The position numbers and the translations under genes are program-made. A stretch of 55,966 bases of DNA, the filler included, from Platydemus manokwari (Eukaryota), in assembly GCA_037951405.1 (NCBI GenBank). It is 5 parts of 5 records of this genome, joined end to end, with 100 filler letters (N's around TTAATTAATTAA, not from the genome) between each part and the next. Parts side by side here need not be neighbours in the genome. Positions count along the whole stretch, not along the records: positions 42,396 to 55,966 come from JBBMOY011686955.1; 4 more parts are not named here. One strand, written 5' to 3'. Below the pieces are notes generated by a model. The model was not told where the DNA came from, ran no database searches, and saw only the letters and a program-made list of their open reading frames with translations. Below, in pieces: positions 47,276-55,966 of the stretch (its first letter is position 1; each line of letters starts with the position of its first letter).

Positions 47276-48827
47276 TTAGAAAAATCCTCGGCTTTTCAAT
47301 ACCGAATACAAATAATCTGAGCACTCTTTGAAATTTTCTGGTTTCAAAAATTCAGCATGGGAATATTTTAATTCTTTCAATTCTCCTCGTTTCATTCGCG
47401 CCAATCTTGCTGCCATTATTTTAGCATCATCTCTCAGTGGATCATCTGAAGCTGCAACCAAATACACCGGTGGTAATATCTCAAGATCAATGTTGTTCAG
47501 AGCTGATAACGGTGAGAACAAAGGATCCAGCACCAATTCAGAGAATCTCTGGACGAATTTATTCGGTGTGAACTTGTAAACACTGATTGGAACATTGTCG
47601 TATTCACTATCAAGCTGCTTATTATTAAATTCTGTTCATCGATTTATTACCGTCCAGATAGATATTGTTTCCAATCAACATTGTCTCTCACTTTCTTAAC
47701 AACCTCTTCACTCAAATGATTGTTGGTTGACACCACATTAATGCAATCATGAAGGTCGCGATTCGATAATTCTCCAAACACGTAATTACAAACAATACTC
47801 ACATAAGTTTCTCTAAAAATTCTACTATATTAGTATTGAAATAACAGCACGCGATTCTTGCTTTTTTAATATTTCATCACGACTGTCATCAATCAATGAC
47901 GGTGTGCTCATATCAGCCATTTGTAATGCTGGCACAATTGGAATTAGAATGTTGGGTAATCGCTTAATTTTACCAGCCTGCCATAAGGACGCCAAATGAT
48001 GTCCAACACAAATAACTAAATTACCACCAGAACTTTCTCCTACAAATAATGAAATCGATAAATCAATATTTTTATCAATCATTTTAATCCACCCATCAAA
48101 ACTATTCGATTCGGATCCACATCATATTTTTCAGCATTCTCCATAAAATATTTAGCTCCAACAATGGCATCTGTGACACCAGCTGGAAATGGATGTTCAG
48201 GAGCTTTTCGATAACTGTGATGAAGAAATATATCTAAAAATAACTAGTGATTTCGTTTTCCTCACTTTATCGATACAATTAATATGTTTAATCGGCGAGA
48301 TAGATCAGCCACGTAGGGCGAGAAAAATTCTTAACGATAGGAGATAAATACTCATCAATAGTTCAATTTAAAATCAAATAAAAACTTGGACTACTGTATA
48401 TCCACGCACTTCCGTGGAAATGAATAATAGCGGGCCGCTTGGATTTATACTTAAGAGGACTGAAAACTAAAACCTCAACACCATCAAATTGTTGCGTATC
48501 AATCTGTCTACCATTCATATAACAAATACATATTAATTTGAAAATTACCCTTAAACCAGAACGGTTTATCTTGCTATATAAAACATCTCCCACACTTCTC
48601 TCAATTCCACGGTAGAACCCATTAATACTAATATAAGGTCTCACCGATGAACCCTTTAAAATTTGCATTAGAATGGAGAAAAAAATATTTTTTACTATTT
48701 TCATAAAATAGAACAAATATTTCATCCATAGTGATGAAATCGAATATTCATCCATAAATTGATAAATCAATATTGATCCAATTAAAAATATAATAGTGAA
48801 AACAAAAAAGTTTGTTCTAAAACCCAT
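47276..48827 (-). CDS. Arylacetamide deacetylase / neutral cholesterol ester hydrolase-like alpha/beta hydrolase (HSL/GDXG family); 8 exons, 403 aa
   Basis: Exons 48827-48696, 48653-48549, 48503-48386, 48329-48266, 48214-48093, 48039-47862, 47812-47651, 47606-47276 total 1212 nt. N-terminal hydrophobic anchor, IIHFHGSAW, NYRKAPEHPFPAG, VDPNRIVLMGESSGGN (nucleophile Ser), DPLRDD (Asp) and SHA (His). Confidence 0.9.
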
Positions 48828-49099
48828 TTTGAAATATCTGTTCAGATATTATTTAAACAAACCAAATTGATTTTACAAATTGTTTCAAATATTCCAGTGA
48901 AATATTTCGGCAATAAAATTTTCTGAGAATTGAATTATTTAAATATCACAAAGCTTTATTGATTGGCAGCATGATTTTAAATTGATTTTTAAAGCAGAAA
49001 ATTTTATTACTTATTATGTTAATATGATATTATGCAATGTGTTATGTGATGTTAAATATAAAAAATTATTGTGTAACAATTAACATTTTAACTGATTTT

Positions 49100-50700
49100 A
49101 ATATCGATAAGTTGATAAGTTTGAGAGCAACATGTCCACTAGACAGCGCCTTTAAGGAATTAAAGGATGGGCCAATAAAGAGGTTTGACTCCGGATCAAG
49201 AAAAGGCACTGAACTTCCAGATATATATATAGGAAAAATTACAACAAAAATCAATGATCGATCAACTTCCTATGAAGTTGAATTATATTTCATTGAGTTC
49301 TCCATGTAGATATCAAGTAAATCATTTTAACTATCATCGGTACTGAATCATCTGCTTTGTCCAACAACTCGAGTCCTATGATGATCTAAGCAATTATTGC
49401 CATCTCAACTATCAAGATTTCTTAGCGCCTTTGCCATGGGATTGTTTCAATTAACCGTTCAGTCATTTTAATGTATTGTTTGAAGTATCAATTAAATCAT
49501 ATATTCTAGTTCTAGAGATCTCAATCAGAGACGTTTTAATGAAATGCAAAATCACAAAATCTTGAATAATTATTGGTTTAAAGGTCTGGATCACATGATA
49601 AAGATGATATTTATCAAACAAATCTCAAAGATTAGCACCCCCATACACATTTTCATGTAGAGATAGAGAGTATCAGAATTGTGTGACAGACTAAGAATAT
49701 TCCTCACAACTCCTCTATAATAAGCAGTAAAAGTACCTAACATAACAGCCTTTTTGACATCTTTGGTTCCATTGAAGAACCTTTTGAATTCTCTGTTTTG
49801 GAAACTAAAGATTAGAGTGGGAAATAGAATTGATTTAATCGATTTTACTTTCTTATGGCCTAGCAAATCGGAATTTGCAACATTTTGCACATCCGTAATG
49901 AATTTCAGGATAGCCTGATACGCAGTTTGGTCAATCTGACCGGAACTATAAGATATTGGTAAATCTCACTGAGGCATAGCTTTTTATTCGTTGTGAATTG
50001 ATCGTGACCTTCTTAGAACTCTCGTTGAAACACAAAATTGCACTTTAATACTAGATTAAATACTATGTCCAATCTAAGTTACAAGTTATCGCAATATCAT
50101 AAGCATAGGAAAATAAGGAAAATTTTACCTTAAATTTCATAAGACTCTACCTTTACCGAGTCAATCATGATTAATAGTACATTGATGACAATCGCAAAAA
50201 GGGAGATGGAAATATGGTAACTCTACTTTATCCCATAGTGCTCGCATCAGTATAAATGTCTGGTAATTTCAATAAAATCATCACTGACACTATACTTTGA
50301 TAATATGTGGCGTATGAGTTGGTGTGGAGGATTAAGAAATACGATTTAGATATGAAGGAAGGTGGTCGCCATTGATTTTTAACGAGCGATTTTCATCTTC
50401 AAAGACTTCATTCAAGAGAGTATTGTGTTTAATACAACCCTCAAGCTCTGCCCTCCCTCAATATCTTGGACACATTATCCCATTGCAAAAAATTATCAGC
50501 TACAATAACTTGAGCTTGAAAAAAAATAGGCCTTTAACTTTGAATCGAGCTGAAATCATCCTAAACTATCTCCGATCATCAGGTACTTCTTTGGCTTATG
50601 ATAAAGAGATGCCTAAAGTTCCCCTGTAGGATCCAAAGATTTAAGGTGTGGATAATTCACATTATCACTTTGTTCATGCTTTCAAGATTTTCCAACCGTG
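49100..50700 (+). mobile_element. Ty3/Gypsy pol remnants (integrase-like pieces; protease end, RT, RNase H start)
   Basis: GKITTKINDRSTSYEVE, DRDLLRTL (GRDLL), QYLGHII (RT) and LAYDKEMP. Highly fragmented, probably more than one element. Confidence 0.55.
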
Positions 50701-51714
50701 ATAGAATCACCTGACATTTACCAACACGCTCTAATGATGTTTATTTATTTTCAATATATTTAATTTCGCAGGCCTGTTCAATGAAACTTGTTTGCAAATT
50801 CAAATTGAAAATGATTTAAGAGATTCAGCCTGAAATTAAATTAAATTAGAATTTTTAAACAAATAAATTATATGTAAAGCATTCTCGCATTTCACTTTTA
50901 ATTTTTCTAGAAATTTGAGTGATTTTTATTTTTCAGAACATACTTGGTAACTAACGTGAGATGGATTTATCCAATAACTGTGACTGCCTAATAGACGAAC
51001 TGGGTCAAAATCACTCTGCAAGTAGAGTATGTGAAAAAACATTTAATTAATTAATCAAAGAAAGATGACTATTGATGTTTGGTCTTTCGATTCGCCAAAT
51101 CTGGTGTCAAACATTAAATCGATTTCATTTTTTCAAAATGTAACTGTCTAAAATGCTGTCTATGCTTAGCCATGCGAAGGAATTATATCACATTTACTTG
51201 AATAACGCATGATAATTGTTAGTTTGCTTGATTTAGACTCGCAAGAGACCATTATTGAGTCATTAACATTTTAGAACGCAATATAATAGAGGAAGAAAAG
51301 CTCCTTTTGATGACTAGTAACCATTATTCTAAACTACCACGAAACTTAGGTGCTGACATAATTGTCTGGTGTGTCATTTATGTTGGGATAGCATGGAACG
51401 TCTTGTGCTCTACTCAGATAGTGAAGAGAGCGAGGACGAAAAAATCCCATGTACTATCAAAACATATAGTGAATGGAAACAGCAACAACAGCTGTCCCCA
51501 AAACAGCCGCAGCCAAACAAACCATTAAGACCAGAGTTCAAAAGACCAAAAACACCCCAACAAAACAGAGACCCGGAACTCCAACAGTTAAACTCGCGGC
51601 AATAGTAATGAAATCAGGGGAAACTTGGGCTACCCGAAGCTGGAGCGTGGATTTAGACGCCTGATGTCGGTAGAGATTCCCATCTGCGAATCCAAATCCC
51701 AATCCAATCAATTG

Positions 51715-51905
51715 TGAACTGTTATTTGAACATTTTTGATCCAATATTAATGAACATTTGTGTGAACATTTTTGTAATCCAATTGATATTGAATATTGAT
51801 ATGTTATAACATTTGAATCTTGACCATTTTGATCCAACATTAATGAACATTTTTATAATTTATTATTGTGAACATTTTTTGTAATCCAATTGATATTGAA
51901 TATTC
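51715..51905. repeat. Imperfect ~95-bp tandem duplication built on TGAACATTTT subunits
   Basis: TTTTGATCCAA.ATTAATGAACATTT and GTGAACATTTTT(T)GTAATCCAATTGATATTGAATATT each occur twice. Confidence 0.8.
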
Positions 51906-52048
51906 TGTAGTTATTTTGATTTTGATTATGAACTATGATATAAATTGATATATATTATTATTTATAAATAAAAGAAATAACAAAGAGTGAAAAAGAAATA
52001 AAATAGTTAATTTTAAATGTCAAAAATTTAATAACAATTAATAAGTAA

Positions 52049-52630
52049 TGTCAGTAATTTTAATAATAAAATTTATAAGGTTAAGTAAATTATAAAGAAT
52101 ATTTAAGGTTTTGAACTTTTATAATTATAAATATTAAAGATCAAAAGTGAAAAAATGGTTTAAAATTAATAAGCGTGATGGAAATTCCTGGGTACAAAGT
52201 ACCGAATCTCAACGGCTATATAAGCTGAGGGATTTCCATCACAATTCACTCTTAAAAATCTGACTACAGAGATTTCGAATAATCAACGTAAAAGTAATCA
52301 GTTCTTTATTTTAAAGCCAAGCATATTGTTGCTCTAAAGGATCACCCTTTGGAGTTTATCACATTTTATCGTAAAATCTATATTTTTAAAATATTAAGGC
52401 TTACATCAAGGTTCTCACGGTCTCTGTGAGATAACCACAGTTAATTTGTTTTATTATAAAATCAGTGTACGAGCTAATCTGTGTGAACATTTGTTGTATT
52501 TTATCATTTCTTAATTTGAATAAAGTTTGTTGTAAATCTTTTTGTTGTCATATACAAATAATAATAAAGGGACTCACGCTGTTGAGTTGTTTCAAACAGC
52601 AAACAAATAAACATCTACCACAACCCAACA
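52049..52630 (+). repeat. LTR-like repeat family A, copy 2
   Basis: TATA box TATATAA at 52217, AATAAA at 52563, ends CAACA followed by ctTGG (PBS-like). Inverted homologue at 10382-10926. The 5' boundary is uncertain. Confidence 0.75.
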
Positions 52631-53429
52631 CTTGGAATCATGTGATCTATTACTATGAACGATATTATTTTTGTTTGTTCTCTAATTTCGACTTTATCGT
52701 TATTCTTCTAATTACGTCATATCTGCTATCGTTTGAACAGTGTAACTTTTCCTACGTCTATTTTATCTGTACTGGCTTCTGTGTTTTCATTATCTTTCCA
52801 CTCACGACGCTTATCTACATCTCTGTATTTAATTCGAATTCATTATTCTAAATATAGTTATGCTCGGTGTTCCTTGTGTCTAATTGTATGAGACTTTGAT
52901 GTTCTTCAGCTGCCTGATTGTTAACATCCTTATCTATTTATAGCCTTTTTTCTTCTTCTTTGTCTTTGAATTTTGTTACAAATTTTGTAGCCTCCCGTTG
53001 TACACTTTCTTTTATTTCGACTGCCTTTCCATCCTCTATTTTCTCTATATTGTCCCTTCTGTGATATTGTACGTTGTTTACGTTCTTCTGTTTGGTTATT
53101 TTATTTTGATATAAATTATAAATTCGTACTTTCACTAAAATTGGAGAACGAGTTGTTGGCAGATTTCTGATTGGCAATTTGATGTGAAATTGGACGATTG
53201 TCAAGTAATTGTTGATGGAATTTCTCAACAAAATGAATGTGATTTTTTGTTTAAAATACATTTTCAATCATTGTCATTGTGAGGTTTACAATTTAAATAA
53301 GATGACGATTAATAATTAAAAAGTATTTTTAATTAATTACATTAAAAATATTTTATATTTGTATTTATCTAGCTCAAACTATTTCTGTATCCTCTCAAAA
53401 TAAATATGTTAAAAAATCATTTTAATAAT

Positions 53430-53585
53430 TTCGTGGGATAACTCATCACTGCGCTGGAGAGGTTAATGATGGTTTGAAAAAGTGGTTGGCTTTAAACCCT
53501 GCCGAGTTATATGAATACGGTATAAAAAGACTTCCAGAACGCTGGCAAAAGTGTGTGGACCTTAAATGTGACTATGTTCCACATT
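53430..53585 (+). mobile_element. mariner transposase C-terminal remnant
   Basis: EVNDGLKKWLALNPAELYEYGIKRLPERWQKCVDLKCDYV. Confidence 0.85.
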
Positions 53586-54649
53586 TCAGATTTACTGACA
53601 AATGATGATTTGCGCACATTATCCAACTGAATTTTCTTTTACTTTATATTTTACCATGTTCTAAAATTAAATTTATTGAATACAGCTTCATATAAAACTA
53701 CCAGTTATAACGGTAAACCGATTATTTTCATAATTTGCAATTAAAATTTAGATTTTCAAGAATATGTGAGCGAGATCCCATAATCACACAGTTATGCAAT
53801 CACAGGGATTCACTGACCTTCTAATTCACCAATCACTGATAATGAATGGGAGTCATAAACACATAACAATGCCCGAATATCAAATATCTTAAAACATGTT
53901 TAGTGAAAAATCACCTGTCAATACGATAATAGTCTTATATTCGAAAAAATCAGACAATTTACTGATGGTTGTTAAAATTCAGGAGAATCGAGATCCAGAT
54001 GAAATTATTATGTGGTAAATTTAGATTTTTCGACAATTCTTTGTTGGTGAAATTTAAATCGCAAAATCGTCTGATTTTGTGCTCACCAAAATCTTAATCA
54101 AGATTTGAAAATATCTTATAAAGAAATTAATAGCTAAAAATAATAATTCTAATCCAGATCACGTAATTCAATTTTAATATCGTCGACCGAGAAATATAAA
54201 ACCACATTGATAATTTATAAGAATAAACATCATTAATCACAAATGATTTTATTAAGATTTTCCAATGCCACTAGGCGGTACTCATCGCTTCCTCATTTGT
54301 TTTATCGATTTGATTTAGGAATATTTTTCGATTTAAGTTCAGAAATTTAATATTAATTAATATAATTGTGTGAGAGAGATTCATCAATGTTGGATAGTTG
54401 TTGTTGAGGAAAATAAATATATTATATTCCTTTATGAAAATCTTTTCAATTGCATGTACATTGGGATATTCTAGGAGAGAAAAGAATTTTCAAAAATTTG
54501 ATCGACATAATGTTTTATGTTTTTTAGAAATATCTGATGTATTTTTAGAGTGAATCTCTATCAAATTTCCACCCACCCTGCCAACTCAACACAAATTAAT
54601 ACCAACTCATTTAAATTACTGATGAATTGTTAATTGTGGATAAATTTGA

Positions 54650-55400
54650 TATCTTTATCCAAGCCATTTATTGAGTAATTGCTGGTATTATCAAGAATAA
54701 TGAAGCTAATAACTTATATATGGCTGTCCCATAGATTAGGAGTGGCCAACCGGTCGCGTGAGATGTTATTCAAATGAAAAGTCGATCTTACGTACACAAA
54801 AGTTGGCCACTTCTGCCATAGATAATAAAAATAATGTTTTATCTTCATATAAAATCTTTCACACAACGGCTATTCTCTTCAGCTGAAAGAAAACACAATT
54901 AGAGTTAAGCTTGTAATGTTCTCAGGGTTGCAATGATATACTGTAACGTTAATATTTTCCGAAAGAAGAAACCAAATCAATTAAATTCTTATGGTCTGGA
55001 AAACTCGTCCAGACTACGAATATTAATCTAATCACTGAATTTCGTGAATATCAAAATAACATGGATTTCCATCTAATTGAATAAAAGCTAGGAAGTAGGA
55101 ATGAAATAATTGGGTTGATCTGGAAACAATATCTTGGTGGAAATGTTCACACTTGATATGCTTAATAAAATTCGTCTATCCGAGTAGTCTTGTCTCATTT
55201 GATGTGCGATATGCAATTTTTGTCGAAAATTCAATCGATACTCCATTGGTGATATTAAGGTCAAGCTTTTTATAGAGATTATCTTGATCTGTTTTTCGAA
55301 CTTTTCAATGAGTTTGGAAATAGAGAGAAATGCAAATCTATTCCACGTTTTTTGATTAATTATAAAAAATCTGTATTCCAAACCGGTTTAATTTAAAATA
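54650..55400 (-). pseudogene. Receptor tyrosine kinase (Trk/Ror/MuSK-like) kinase-domain pseudogene
   Basis: Ordered remnants FLSISKLIEKF (alphaC), PMEY, QKLHIAHQM..DY (LHIAxQIAxGMxY), SIRW (PIRW), TKFSD*INIRSL (KFSxxSDVWSF), YSISLQP* (SYGLQPY) and AIYKLL. A hAT MITE is inserted in it. Confidence 0.5.
54737..54815. mobile_element. 79-bp hAT MITE
   Basis: 14-bp TIRs TAGGAGTGGCCAAC / GTTGGCCACTTCTG and a perfect 8-bp TSD CCATAGAT. Confidence 0.9.
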
Positions 55401-55646
55401 TTGAAATGGATACATATTTTATTGCCTGAGTAGCATGATAGACCAGTGCTTGAACACATACCATGAACATAACAAATGGTTTTTTTTCATTTTATGATAT
55501 TTTGTGTCAACTTTAGGCTGCCTAACTTGAATAAGAACAAAAAGAGTGAAATTTTTACAGTAACTTTTATTATTGATAATAAAGAATTATTTTAAAATAG
55601 ATCGTTGACAACGAAATATTCAGTCGTAAAGAAGAAACATCTAAAG

Positions 55647-55700
55647 CAGCGGCTCTAAACCTTTTTTCTATGCCGACCCATTTTTCAATTTTTAAGATCT
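55647..55700 (+). mobile_element. hAT element left end
   Basis: CAGCGGCTCTAAACCTTTTT..GCCGACCC preceded by a Charlie-type target ATCTAAAG; right end not seen. Confidence 0.5.
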
Positions 55701-55966
55701 TTGAAAATCAATATTACTAAAAACTGGTCATAACTCACCATATTTCATAAAACGAATTTGCAACATTTCATTGATTAACAACAACAAATGAATTACCTAT
55801 ACTAATAAGATTATCAAATAATAACATTACCTATAAAATACTTAACTGTAGTAGTCAAGGTAATTGTGAACAGAAGTAGTTTAATCAGTATTGTTAGTTG
55901 CAGCGACTTCGTTTGTTGCTTGTGTTGAATCAAAAGAATTCATGATTAGGATTTTCACAATTTTAT

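Noticed and set aside
55125-55160. EHFHQDI resembling a GERFHQDI transposase motif
   Set aside because: Isolated short match; surrounding frames fit a tyrosine-kinase remnant better.

Overview
AT-rich eukaryotic genomic DNA, standard genetic code, with many 42-80 nt spliceosomal introns. Composition and transposon content suggest a flatworm/planarian-like animal (inference). The window is five contigs of about 10-14 kb joined by artificial 100-bp N44-TTAATTAATTAA-N44 spacers, so adjacency across gaps is unproven. Three intact spliced genes were reconstructed by hand, all on the minus strand: RABGGTB (3 exons, 343 aa), the central/C-terminal part of HEATR5B (14 exons, both ends missing) and an AADAC/NCEH1-like carboxylesterase (8 exons, 403 aa, with a probable GC-AG intron). 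The rest is mostly decayed sequence: Gypsy pol remnants, several LTR families, mariner, Merlin and hAT elements, probable Polinton/Maverick polB fossils, and a dense set of heavily degraded signalling pseudogenes (class A GPCR, DEG/ENaC, receptor tyrosine kinase, another kinase, Ig domains) that the ORF track mostly misses. No clearly novel intact system could be demonstrated. The best leads are the pseudogene graveyard, the Polinton fossils and a hairpin-rich LTR-like repeat.
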